This document shows, one piece after another, positions 11,710 through 23,690 of a stretch of DNA of 64,000 nt. A model generated the notes under the pieces. The model was not told the origin of the DNA. It did not search any database and was given only the letters and a program-made list of their open reading frames with translations. Numbering within the stretch: the first letter of the stretch is position 1; every line of letters begins with the position of its first letter. The translations under genes were made by a program, and so were the position numbers. Source of the stretch: Trichoplax sp. H2 (Eukaryota); assembly GCA_003344405.1 (NCBI GenBank), contig NOWV01000268.1:1-64000 (forward strand). Direction: 5' to 3'.

Positions 11710-14253
11710 TCACCTGATGATGGTGTGGAATGGTAGGATAGCTGATTGATTACCTGTATCTTTGTTTTCTTGCAGTTGTTTGGAACATTCAGCAATCTGC
11801 TTCGCATTGAGGAGGATTTGCGGATGATTTTCTCCGTAGAGATTGCGTAGAGTATTGCTGGACTTTCGATAGAATGCTATTGCTTGACTATAGTTCGACT
11901 GTTGATGATGAACTATAGCTTGATTTCGATAGGATTGCTCAGTATTAAGATGATTCTCACCGACTGTTGCTAAAGAAACTTGCAATGACTTGTTATACAT
12001 GAGTAGAGCATCGTCGTATTTCTTTTGCTCTTGATAGGCGTTTGCAATATTATTATATATTGCAGCAATACTTGGATGATTATTACCAAGTTTTGCTAAT
12101 GTAATTTTCAGTGATTTATTCAATACTATTAGAGCGTTATCATACTTGCGTTGATGATGATAGACACTTGCAATGTTGATATATGTGGAGGCAATACTTG
12201 AATGATTATCACCAAGCTTTGTTAGTCTAATCTTGAGTGATTTATTATACATTGATAATGCGTCATCATACTTGCTTTGATGATGATAGATATTTGCAAT
12301 GTAGTTATATGTTGTAGCAACATCGATATGATTGTTATCAAGTTGTGCTAGTTGAATCTGGAGTGATTTATTACACATTGATAGAGCATCATTATACTTC
12401 TTTTGATCTATATAGACAAGTGCAATGTTGTTATATATTATAGCAATATCAGGATGATTGCCACCAAGTCTTGCTAATTTAATCTCCAGCGATTTATTCA
12501 ACATTGATAAAGCGTTATCATACTTGCCTTGATCAGCATGGACAAGCGCAATATCGTTGTATGTTGTAGCAACATTTGGATAATCGCCATCAAACTGTGC
12601 TAATCTAATCTTGAGTGATTTAGTATACACTGAAAGAGCGTCATCATGCTTGCCTTGATCATCATAGACAAGAGCAACGTTGTTATATGTTGTCGTAATA
12701 CGTGCACGCTTATGGCCAAGATTAGTTTGTCTAATCTTGAATGATTTATTATACATTGGTAGAATGCCATCATACTTGTCTTGACCATCATACACATTTC
12801 CAATGTTGTCATATGTTTTAGCAATGCTTGGATACTTATCAGTAAGAATAGCTTTTCGAATTTTAAGTGATTTATTATACATTAATAAAGCTTCATCATA
12901 GTTGCCTTGATCAGCATAAGCATTTGCAATGTTGTAATATATCGTGGCAATAATTGGATGATTATCGTCAAGTTGTGTTAGTATAATCTTAAGCGATTTG
13001 TTATATACTGATAGAGCGTCATCATACTTGCCTTGATGATAATGGACATTTGCAATGTCGTTATATGTTGTAGCAATATCACGATGATTGTCACCAAGTT
13101 GCGCTAATTGAATCTTGAGTGATTTTTTATGCATTGATAAAGCGTCATCATATCTGCCTTGATCTTTGTGAATATTTGCAATTTTGTTATATGTTGTAGC
13201 AATACTTAGATGGTTGTCACTAAATTGTACTAGTCGAATCTTGAGTGATTGGTTATACATTGATAGAGCGTTATCATGCTTAATTTGACGATTATAGACA
13301 CTTGCAATGTTGTTATATGTTTCAGCAATACTTGGATGATTGTTACTAAGTTGTGCTAGCTGAATCTTGAGTGATTTATTGCATAATGATAGAGCGCTAT
13401 CATACTTGCCTTGATCAATATAGACAAGTGCAATACTGTTATACGTTAAAGCAATACTTGGATGATTATCACCAAGTTGTGCTTTTTGAATCTTGAGTGA
13501 TTTTTTATACATTGATAGAGCATCATCATGCTTGCCTTGATCATCATAAACAAGCGCAATGTTGTTATATGTTGTAGCAATAATTGGATAATTATCGCCA
13601 ATTTGTGTAAGCCTAATCTTGAGCGATTTGTTATGCATTGACAGAGCTTCATCGTATTTGCCTTGATTACCATAGACAAGAGCAATATTGTCATATGTTA
13701 TAGCAACTTCAGGATGATTATCACCAAGTTGTGCTAGTCTAATCTTGAGTGATTTGTTATGCATTAATAGAGCATCACCATATTTGCCTTGATCACCATA
13801 GACACTTCCAATGTTGTGATAAGTATAACTGATACTGATGTCTTCAGTTCCTAAATGTTTTAATTTCTTTTCAAGCGATTTGTTCAAATCACTTAAAGCT
13901 TCATTCAAATTACCTTGCAATCGTTTAATACGCCCCTGCCTATCTAAGCAATTTGAAATTTTCACTTCATCTTGTAGTTGCTTGGCAAATTTCTCTGCTT
14001 TTCCATTCCATTTGCCGGCTTCCATCAATTCATATTGATTTATGTAGCAATCAGTCATTTCGATATAAATATCAAGTTCAAGGTGAAGGTGATTATTATC
14101 ACTATTCTTGGATATGGATTGGATTCTTGTAATAGCATTTTTGTAATAGAATAGCGCCTGTTCATCATTTCCTTCTTGCTGAAATTTCACACCTTTTCGG
14201 TAAACAGATTGGATTTCATCAGGAACAGTCAGTTTGATAGATTCCTTCGGCAT
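11710..14253 (-). CDS. Intronless TPR-repeat protein (42-aa kinesin-light-chain/nephrocystin-3-type repeats), 847 aa
   Basis: Single long ORF with about 16 tandem 42-aa repeats of consensus HPSIATTYNNIALVYxDQGKYDDALSMYNKSLKIRLAQLGDN, preceded by degenerate TPR-like helices. Confidence 0.92.
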   Translation of the reverse strand: MPKESIKLTVPDEIQSVYRKGVKFQQEGNDEQALFYYKNAITRIQSISKNSDNNHLHLELDIYIEMTDCYINQYELMEAGKWNGKAEKFAKQLQDEVKISNCLDRQGRIKRLQGNLNEALSDLNKSLEKKLKHLGTEDISISYTYHNIGSVYGDQGKYGDALLMHNKSLKIRLAQLGDNHPEVAITYDNIALVYGNQGKYDEALSMHNKSLKIRLTQIGDNYPIIATTYNNIALVYDDQGKHDDALSMYKKSLKIQKAQLGDNHPSIALTYNSIALVYIDQGKYDSALSLCNKSLKIQLAQLSNNHPSIAETYNNIASVYNRQIKHDNALSMYNQSLKIRLVQFSDNHLSIATTYNKIANIHKDQGRYDDALSMHKKSLKIQLAQLGDNHRDIATTYNDIANVHYHQGKYDDALSVYNKSLKIILTQLDDNHPIIATIYYNIANAYADQGNYDEALLMYNKSLKIRKAILTDKYPSIAKTYDNIGNVYDGQDKYDGILPMYNKSFKIRQTNLGHKRARITTTYNNVALVYDDQGKHDDALSVYTKSLKIRLAQFDGDYPNVATTYNDIALVHADQGKYDNALSMLNKSLEIKLARLGGNHPDIAIIYNNIALVYIDQKKYNDALSMCNKSLQIQLAQLDNNHIDVATTYNYIANIYHHQSKYDDALSMYNKSLKIRLTKLGDNHSSIASTYINIASVYHHQRKYDNALIVLNKSLKITLAKLGNNHPSIAAIYNNIANAYQEQKKYDDALLMYNKSLQVSLATVGENHLNTEQSYRNQAIVHHQQSNYSQAIAFYRKSSNTLRNLYGENHPQILLNAKQIAECSKQLQENKDTGNQSAILPFHTIIR

Positions 14254-15889
14254 GTTTCAATATACAACAAAATTGAGAGCATGAGATTGCGGAAGTAGAC
14301 ACTAATGCTCTATTCGACAGAAACTACAACCTTAAATAGCTTTCCAAATGATCGATATGATCGTTTCATTTAAAGTTATTTCTTTGTCTCTAAACCATAT
14401 GTCAACGCAATATATTTTACTGCAATACGATCTATATAACACATATGCCAGAAAATACAAAAGTAACGATAAACATGATGATGAAATGATTATTTATTCT
14501 CTAAATTCTGCAGTTCTAAATTAATTAGTAGTTCTTAGTATACAACATTCACCTTACATAGCGATTATAATAAGAGAATAGAGAATAATAGCATTATTGG
14601 AGTGATATTCGTAAAGATGTTGTATTCATTATACCATGGAAGAATTACCAAATATAATTACTACTGGAGAATTATTCTATCGTCTTTAAAGTACGGTAAT
14701 TATTATTGTGGAAAATTCATTTAAGATTATAAGAGCGAGAGTAACGTAATAGAATCGCGATACTGCAATTGATTATACTAAGTAAGAAGCATCCAACTCA
14801 TAAGATTACTGAAAGTAGGTTATAAATTACTATTCACTGTTCACCATCTTTATAATTATATTCTCGTATATAAAAGTATCTATAACTCTCATCGATTTAA
14901 TGGATTATACAAATCTTTAAATCCATTTTCACCTAATTGTTAATGTGGACATATATGTCTAAATCTTGCTTTGCTTTACCTTCACGCTTTTTCTTTCTAG
15001 TTTACTTTATATACCATAAAATATAATACTAGCTTGATTTAATCAATTTCGAGGTACTTTCTGTGCCGTTGAAGGCAATTTGAGATGTACTATACACCAG
15101 AGAATCTCTTAATACTTGATTATGGTGAAGAAGAGCATATATACTTATGTGTTCATAGTAGGGCAAGTTAGCTTGAGATTGTTTACAATGTTTATTAGAT
15201 AGTATTGACCAACGATTGTAGGCTCTCTAGTATCAGAAATGTTACATATTTGGATGATAGCGGTACTTGTTAGGATTTACCTTAGACTACTTAGATTGTG
15301 AAATTACTCTTGATTATAGATATGACATAATTTCACTATATGCTGTAATGCTGTAGATATAGATATACTTATTTCACTTGTAAATCACAAGTTAAGTAAA
15401 CCATGAGCTAAGTAATCTTGGAGATGTATAAATACGATTTACTAATTGATCAATAAACGATTCTAGAGTAATAATTTCTAAGCTACCACGAACATAATAA
15501 GAAGGTTCATGATTACGATATTTACGAAAGAAAGTAACATTGTCTGCTTATTCGAAAAGTTGAAGGGGCTTTCTATCACAATATAATTCATCACTGCATA
15601 AAAAATAAGTTAACTTACCTTTACTACAATACACCTGTATATTAACTACACAACTAGAATATTTAGCGAGTGTAGCGTGATGAACGAAGAGCGTTTACGT
15701 TTTAAAGTTTCTTGCAATTTGAAAACTCAAAATTGAATATACTGTACCGTAACTGTACCTTTGGCCGACAATAGAATTAACATCTCTTTACTTTGTATAT
15801 TAGCAATATAATCTATTCATTGTCATTTCGTAATATATTCGAAACACACATATCGCAGAAATTTCCTTGTTCGTATATAAATTTTAGCT

Positions 15890-17003
15890 TGGACATTTGG
15901 AAATCGATACGATCCAAAGTTTTTGTGGGGATTCTCAAATTTGTAGTGGCAAAACGTGAAGTGTACCTTAGGTCGACCAATTTTGTTCAATGTCTTCGTT
16001 TATAGCGATGGTGCCTTGAAGTTTATTACTGACTAGAATCATTACAAATAGTTCGACCAGACAAGAAAGGCAATGCTTACTTTACTTTCTGACCCAAAAA
16101 TCCTAATCATACTGTGAACTTCACAACGAAGGAGGAATTTATTGATAGTTAATATCAAAAATATTATAATTAGACCAAAACATAGAATTAGATTATGGCA
16201 ATAAATCAGAAGACGACAATAAGCTTCATGAAATTGTGAAACGGAATAAATTCGCTTTTGATTGCCTTTATCCTTGACTCAAGTCAAGTTGTAATCGAGT
16301 TACTTCTAGTTAAAATGCCATTACAATATTGCAAACGGTACGTAAATTTAATTTTCAAAACTATGTGCTAAAATTTCTATTTTGACTCCTAACATTTGCG
16401 GCCTATTCGCACGCAAATCAACAGAGAAATGAATATTGATATGAGGGAAATTTTATCTACTTATTGACAGTTCTGTTGCATTAACATTGCAACATAATTG
16501 TAAGTTGAAATAATTTCCCTTAATAGCCTACTTCATGTAAACTATCGACCCAATATACAGTTACGGTACACAACTATTGATCGATGGATAGAGGTCATAA
16601 ACGCCAGTAAAATCCGTCTCTAACTCGATTAGACGAAGAAATAATTTTCATCAAAATGCAACTTCATATTAATCGTCCAGACAAGGAATTAGTACACTAT
16701 CGGTTACTGCAAATCGTACAGGATAGCCTATATATATTTATGGAATCGATTTCCAGTCGATTAGGTAATGTAATGGTTTCAGTCTTGCCCCCCTCCGTCA
16801 TCTTTCAGCGAACTACAGCTTCCGCTAGAACATGGATATCATTATTAAGTACAATGACTAAAAAAATGATCGATATTATAACTAGAATTAATAAAGAATT
16901 GCTACGATTTGTAATAAAGAATAAAAGGTCTCTACATATTAATCTCGATCGATATCACTTAAGGAAATGCTCTACAGTCTTGATACACGTTCTTTTCGCG
17001 TAG
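15890..17003 (+). pseudogene. Possible decayed coding region of unknown family
   Basis: Protein-like stretches in shifting frames (e.g. LDQNIELDYGNKSEDDNKLHEIVKRNK, and the 115-aa ORF 16656-17003) broken by stops. No recognisable motif. Confidence 0.3.
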
Positions 17004-18485
17004 CGTAACTGATAGTAGATGATATAGAAGCATCCAAAAAATTATAGCCGCCAACCGCGGTTACTAAAAATTTAGTACAGGATTGAAATTTATTGTCTAT
17101 TTCACCGTATTTTCCCGTTTTACGTTTATAATCAGATTTCTATTTCCTGCTCGCAATTTTAAGCCAAAAACAAACTAAGATTACCAGTCATCATAGAAAT
17201 CAATCAGTAACTATTTGTGATTTCTTTTCAAAGAATACAAGCAGTCGAAATTCTTTGACCAAAGCCTTATTTGTCTTCCTTTATATATCTCAACTAAATA
17301 ATATCCATTTATTTAATATTAGTTCCAAATGTCTGGACATGATCTGCCCTCACATGGGGTAAGCAATTGATTCTTTGCAACATGAACCCATTTGTCCAAC
17401 CTAGACAGTGTGATGTTATTATTTGATTTCATAATTATGCCAATTTCATCTTCACAACTAGTGGTGACTACTCTGACTTATTAATTAAAACAATAACATA
17501 ACTATTATAATTCAAATGCTGAAAATTCAAAAAAACACAAGACAAGGCAAACAGAGCTTGAATCCTTCTATGCATAACTAAAAACGACATGAATCTAAAT
17601 TTAACAATAATAAATGGATGTAATAGACAAGCCCAATGTTGCTGTAGGACCGCTTACGGATTTGCTTTTGTCCTCGAAAAAATTACACGACCATGACAAT
17701 AGATATGAAGAATCTTTAATCCCTCCCAACATCTTTAAATCTATCATCTTACTTCCATTCTTTCCCTTTTCTGCTCTCATTCGAGATTAGTCAGTGGTTA
17801 TGTAGAAGGTGAAAGCGCCAACTAGGTTTCCACGCGCCACTATTCAATCATTTTAACGTAGAACGGCAGGAAAAAGTCTCCTCTTCGATGCCCCACCCTG
17901 GATGCTATTTCTCAATTTTTCTACCTCAGGAAATTGTCTGTTCTTCTTCATTAATCTAGGCTAGCATTAAAACCACAAAAGCATTGACAGCATCGGTAGA
18001 AAGACTTTTATTGTGATCTAACAGGTAAAACTGGGCGTCTAAATTCTCTTCATTTGAATACATCAATTTAATCTAGTCAGTTATTTCGTGTCCTAACGCA
18101 AGTTCAAAAAGTAGTTTATTAATTTACGAATTGAACTCGTTTCGTATTACCAGTCTTATCGCTAGCCAAGTGTTGAAAATTTTCGGCAGTTGCTACCCGA
18201 AGAATAAACAAGACTAATACAAGCTGAGCCATTCAGATTCCTCCTTGCCTGAAGTGAATGACTTTTTTCCAATCATCTTACTTTTACACGGAGCGATTAT
18301 AGGTAAACAGCTACAAGAAAATAGCTAAAACATTAATTCATCCAAGTGATCACTGAATAACAATCTTTAGCCAAACTTTTATTAATCGATAAGATCTCAA
18401 TACTTGTTTATTTCATTCAAGATTAAACTTGCTTATACAAGTCAGTAATCCTTTTAAATTCCTTTCCTGAAAATATAGCCCACCC

Positions 18486-18757
18486 TCTACATCTAAATCC
18501 AACTTTCTACACTATATAAAGTGCTCTACTAAATATAAAACTAAAAAGCATTTTCAATCCAGTGGACACTACTACCTTATTCTTTAATTAAACTCGCTGA
18601 TGCAAGTCAGTGATCATTTTAATTTCCTCCCGGTAAAATATAATCCATCCTCTACGGCGTAATCCAATTTATTATCTTACATAAAGTGCTCTACTAAATT
18701 TAAAACTAGAAAAATATTTTCAATCCAGCGGGCACAGCTGCCTCATTCCTTTAATAA
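18486..18757 (+). repeat. Imperfect ~110-bp direct repeat (165-bp spacing) directly upstream of the 742-aa ORF
   Basis: ATAAAGTGCTCTACTAAA at 18516 and 18681, each followed by TTTTCAATCCAG. The second copy runs into the ATG at 18759, and the first copy contains TATATAAA. Confidence 0.75.
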
Positions 18758-18758
18758 C

Positions 18759-20987
18759 ATGTCTGACGAAAGTAACCATTTGGAAAATAAAGAGCGAAAA
18801 AAATTAAACTTTGACAATATGAACGATCAGGATTCTAATCCTTTAGAAGATATTATCAATTGGGCTGAAATTGGTAGGTATAACGATGAGAAATCAGAAA
18901 TAAGAAAGTTGATCACATGGATCCGTCAAAGTCAATATAACGAAAAAGATTTAACGTTCATCATTAATCGACTATGGGGTAAAGTTATATTATACGAGCC
19001 TATGATGGAGTTAGAAGCAAATGAAAAAGCGGATGAGCAATGTGCCATCATGACTATTCGATTAATTGCCAACGATAATGCAACCCCTAAAAGTATCCAG
19101 GAAATGGTAGTAGGCTTATTCTTAGATCGCATCCAAAATGAAGTTAACTTGGATTTTTGTGGCTTACGTAATACTATCGTGGGATATCTGGTGCAGAATT
19201 ATGCACAGGTAGGAGAGATTATCGATCATTGGTATGATGATGACAAAATATTTCGAGTAGCGGATAAAATACCATCGGGTGAGCAAAATCATTTCCCTAC
19301 GTTATATCTACAATTATTATTGACTGGGAAAACACGCCAAAGTAAAGCTTTAGCGATCCAAGCATTACTCTATAATATTAAATTAAATAAATATAGCTTA
19401 GATGATAAAGAAGAGATTATTACACGAATTACAAGTATCCAAACCATTTGTTGCGCATCATCCGATGAAGGATATCCTTACCCTTATGATTATTCCCTTT
19501 TTTATGATGCATCGCAATTAGCTGAAAATATCCTAACCGAAACCCCTCATAAGCGATTGCAAACCATTACTGTTGAATCATTAATTCGTAATGATATTCT
19601 CCTAGTAAGGGACAGCGACTTAAATGCAGTCGATCAAAGATTGACATTGATATCAACATTGCGTCTATTGACGGTAGCAAAAGCTTTCCAAGATCAATTT
19701 AACTTAAAATTTTGCACCACTAAATTTGAATTAATGTTGGATGTATTAAAAGAAGAAAATCGAGCTCGTATCATCTTGGAAGCATGTAAAGCTTTAGTTA
19801 ATTTTATTGATAAACTAAATTATCAACAACATCCGACACTATTTCAAGATTTAATCGGTGAATTTTTAGCTTTATTACAAGGTCGACATCGTATGGATGT
19901 TAAAAAAACAATTATACAATCATTACAAAATTTAGGCTGGCGTTTTCTCGATTTACAAGATACTATATTACAACGTTGGGAAAGGAATATACGTACAGCC
20001 AATCGTGAAATTGCCTACGAATTAATCGATGCAATGATTTATTGGGCAAAGGAGAAAATTAAACAACAGGATATCGTCAGTAAATTATGGCGAATTGCTA
20101 TCTCATCAGGTTCATCAGATCAACAACAGGCATTACAAAATTATATTATCGAAGAATTAATTAATAAATCGCTATTAAGAAATGATCATCTTAAATATCT
20201 CATTGAATGTAATGACAATTTCTTATTCCGCCGTAAAGCACTGTATGAATTGAAAGATAAAGCCATGTTTAGTGAAAAATTTCGTATCGATGTATCCCAA
20301 TTTTTTCTGTCGTTAATTGTTACTGAGCGAAAGGATGCCATGATTGTCCTCTTAATTGACGCTATCATCGAAGGTGGTAATTTAAAAGATGATTATGCTG
20401 TTCAACAGTTGTTAAATATGGCGACACAATCCATTGCCATACCTAAGCAAACCCGTAATTATATCATGAATAATAAGCATTGGCCAGCGCACATAAGATG
20501 GAGTAATATTTTAAACTGTAGTGATGATGCTATTTTGCAGAGAACCGCTGTTAATCAATTGGTAGCTTTAAACTCTTCGATGCCAGAAGAGAAGCAATAT
20601 ATCGAAAATTTATTTTGGGATCTGCTTATGAATGTTAATACTGACCATGATATTAAAATACACATCGCTGAAGGATTGCAACAAATGGCTCAATCCACAA
20701 TTCGTAAATTATCTACTTCATCGAATAAAAGCTCTAATCGGGATTCGATTAAAGATCATAACGGTTTAATGGAAAAACGATTACTTCACTTAATATCCAC
20801 TTATTTAAATCATGACCAACTTGGCAATACATTACTACCTTTGATTAAAACAACATTTGATAAAGCGACGAATGGAAGCCAGATCTTTCAACAAAGTCAC
20901 CGGCAGACTTTGGATGAAAAAGCAAATCAACGCCTGAAATTGCTGGAAAGAACATTATTTGACAAATTGAAAGATAGTCAACTGTAA
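18759..20987 (+). CDS. Intronless orphan alpha-helical (HEAT/ARM-like) protein, 742 aa
   Basis: 2.2-kb uninterrupted ORF in AT-rich DNA with Leu/Ile-rich amphipathic helices (e.g. DVKKTIIQSLQNL, FRRKALYEL). The C-terminal half aligns by eye to the ORF at 31511. Confidence 0.8.
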   Translation: MSDESNHLENKERKKLNFDNMNDQDSNPLEDIINWAEIGRYNDEKSEIRKLITWIRQSQYNEKDLTFIINRLWGKVILYEPMMELEANEKADEQCAIMTIRLIANDNATPKSIQEMVVGLFLDRIQNEVNLDFCGLRNTIVGYLVQNYAQVGEIIDHWYDDDKIFRVADKIPSGEQNHFPTLYLQLLLTGKTRQSKALAIQALLYNIKLNKYSLDDKEEIITRITSIQTICCASSDEGYPYPYDYSLFYDASQLAENILTETPHKRLQTITVESLIRNDILLVRDSDLNAVDQRLTLISTLRLLTVAKAFQDQFNLKFCTTKFELMLDVLKEENRARIILEACKALVNFIDKLNYQQHPTLFQDLIGEFLALLQGRHRMDVKKTIIQSLQNLGWRFLDLQDTILQRWERNIRTANREIAYELIDAMIYWAKEKIKQQDIVSKLWRIAISSGSSDQQQALQNYIIEELINKSLLRNDHLKYLIECNDNFLFRRKALYELKDKAMFSEKFRIDVSQFFLSLIVTERKDAMIVLLIDAIIEGGNLKDDYAVQQLLNMATQSIAIPKQTRNYIMNNKHWPAHIRWSNILNCSDDAILQRTAVNQLVALNSSMPEEKQYIENLFWDLLMNVNTDHDIKIHIAEGLQQMAQSTIRKLSTSSNKSSNRDSIKDHNGLMEKRLLHLISTYLNHDQLGNTLLPLIKTTFDKATNGSQIFQQSHRQTLDEKANQRLKLLERTLFDKLKDSQL

Positions 20988-21849
20988 TCTTAATCAAGCT
21001 AAAGTATCCAATGGCCTATCTTATATCTAGTTAGTCGATTAAATCCAATCAAGTCTATTACTTTAGAAATGATTGCATGATTTTAGTTAGTTGAAGGGTT
21101 CTTGTCTGTATCAACGGCGTAGCTATTTTTTTATCATAACTTGCGGTACTTGACTGTTTCATGCAATCGTTCATTACGGTTAGCTATTTAAGGTTAATCT
21201 CTGGAATTTAATCGTAAAATTAGTTCTATTCCATAGTAATTTCCATATTGGTCTAAAACACATATGAAGTGAATTGCAATCATGAACTAATATTTTGTTC
21301 AGAAGCAAGCTCCTAGTAGTTTCAATAGCAGCTATCGACCCAAAAGCAGGTACACGCTCATACGTTAGTTGTTGCTAATGGCATTTAGTTAGTAGAGCCA
21401 AAGGATTTAGATTCATTATTGCTAAGTTATGTATACTAGTAATAGGGGTGTATGGACAAAATTGTGCTTTACCCTCTGTAATGGATTTCATCTAAATCTT
21501 CTCAAAATTTTTACTAGTAAACTATACTAATTATACTTTGATTTAATTTTAAGCAATTAACAATATCGTTATACAAACTCTATAGAATCTGTCTATACAT
21601 GTTGTCTACATGCAAATTTAAACACTTTAGTGTCAATTCGAATAGTTTGTATATCTTTTACCTTTGTTTAATAGTGTTATTAATCTCTTGTTATCACATT
21701 ATTCTCTACGCTAACTTGATTTATCGCAGATTATCTTCTGCTCTTTATGCACTCGTCCGCCAATAATAATCTAATTAAGTTGGGTATCTATTTTCTTCAT
21801 GTGTGATATAACAGTATCATTACACGTACGACCTTTTACTAAACGATTA

Positions 21850-22230
21850 ATTCTTTCTATGAGAAACTAATCGCTATTAACCAAATAGAGAAGTCTCATC
21901 ATACGACCATAGTATGATCTTTTAGCTAAACTATTAATTCTTCCTAAAAAAGATTGATTGTTGTTAACAAAATGCAACATGAAAAGTCTCTTTATACGTA
22001 TGATCTTTTTGCTAAACTATTAATTCTTCCTATAATTGATTAATTCTTGTTAATAAATGCAGCATAAAAGTCTCATTAAAGGTGCAATATTTTAGCTAAA
22101 TTACTAATTCTTCTATAGTAATTGATAATTATTATTAACAAAATGCACCTTAAAAGTCTCATTGCACGTGTGGTCTTTAAATTAAACCATATTAAATTTT
22201 CCTATCATAGATGAATAATTAATTGTAAAC
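21850..22230. repeat. Diverged ~90-bp tandem repeat
   Basis: AAAGTCTC..GATCTTTT.GCTAAACTATTAATTCTTCCTA..GTTAACAAAATGCA recurs about 4 times. Confidence 0.75.
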
Positions 22231-22499
22231 AAAATACCACAAAACTATTTTTTTTTAAGGCGGAGTTATTAGGACGTTTTCAATTAGCTTTTCTTTTATT
22301 AATCACGTTAGACGCTATTAGACTATTGCAGATAAATGTAGCTAGTCATGAAATATTACACCTTTCATATAATTATTACTAGTTTAATATTGGAATATGG
22401 CTTTCTAAAATAACGAATTATTATGCCTGCTATATAGTATATGTCTGAATATTAAAATAATACATTTAGTAGGAAAAATGATTCAATTTATAATAGTTT

Positions 22500-23690
22500 G
22501 AAACGTGATCAATTAATTGTAAAGAATAGTTTTATTTGTTTCTAGCAAGCACTCGCTCGCTGCTATTATGGAGTTCAAAGATATCCTCGATTTATAGCTA
22601 ATTTCCTATCTTCTATACTATCACGTACCGTTATTAATGTACAGTATGTCATATCGGGGCAGAATCATCACATATAGTGATAGTGCAGAGAATTCGATTT
22701 CTATAATTTTTTGGGTACAAATTGACTGTAAAGAATAGTTTTTATTTGCTGCTAGCAAACATTCATTCGCTACTGTTCCATTAGGATAGTTTTGAGTTCA
22801 AAAATATCCTCGAGTGATGGCCAATTTCCGATCATTTATACTATCATGTACCCTTCAAATATATCATATCAGGACGAAATTGTTGCATACCAGTACCGTA
22901 ATAACGCTAAGGATTCTATTTGTATCAGTTTGAAATGTAACTATTGACTGTAAAGAATAATTTTATTTGTTTCTAGCAAACACCCACTCGCTACTGTTCT
23001 ATTAAGATAGTTCCGAGTTCAAAGTTATCCTCGGGTTATGTTTAATTTTCTACGATTTATAGTGTCTTGTATCGTTAAAGTACAGTATACCTTATCGGGA
23101 GAGAATTGTTATATATGGCAGCCGTGCCAAGAGTTCCATATATATAGGTCTGAAAGATCTAACCAACTGACTGTAAAAATAATTGTGATTGTAATTGTTT
23201 TTCGCAAACATGCAGTTGCTACTGTTCGATTGGAATAGTTCTGAGTCAAAAATATTTTCGAGTTATAGCCAATTTCCTATCGTTCATGTGATCATGTAGC
23301 GTTATTAAAGTATAACATGTCGAGACAGAATTATTAAACGCAGTTATAGCGCTAAGAATTTAATTTCTATCAGTTTTTGAAAGTACTGATCGACTTTAAC
23401 TTAAAGAATAGTTTATTTGCTGTTGGCAAACATTCGCTCGCTACTCTTCTGTTAGGATAGTTCTGAGTTCAAAGCTACCCTTGAGTTATGGCCAATTTTC
23501 TATAATTTATGGTATTTTGTACCGTTAAAGTATATCATATCGGGAGCAAATTGAATTGTCTTATAGAGTAGCGATACTAAGAGTGCGATTTATATCTGTT
23601 TGAAAGATGTATCTGACCGACTGTGAAAAATAAACTTTATTAGATTCATGTAAATATTCGCTCACTACTATTCTATCAGGATGGTTCTAA
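22500..23690. repeat. Diverged ~220-bp tandem repeat (6 units)
   Basis: TGTAAAGAATAG-like anchor at ~22518, 22727, 22949, 23172, 23400 and 23622, each followed by CAAACA..CGCTACTGTTC..GATAGTT.TGAGTTCAAA. Confidence 0.85.

Noticed and set aside
12600..14038. Alternative-frame and antisense ORFs inside the TPR gene
   Set aside because: Shadows of the repetitive main ORF.
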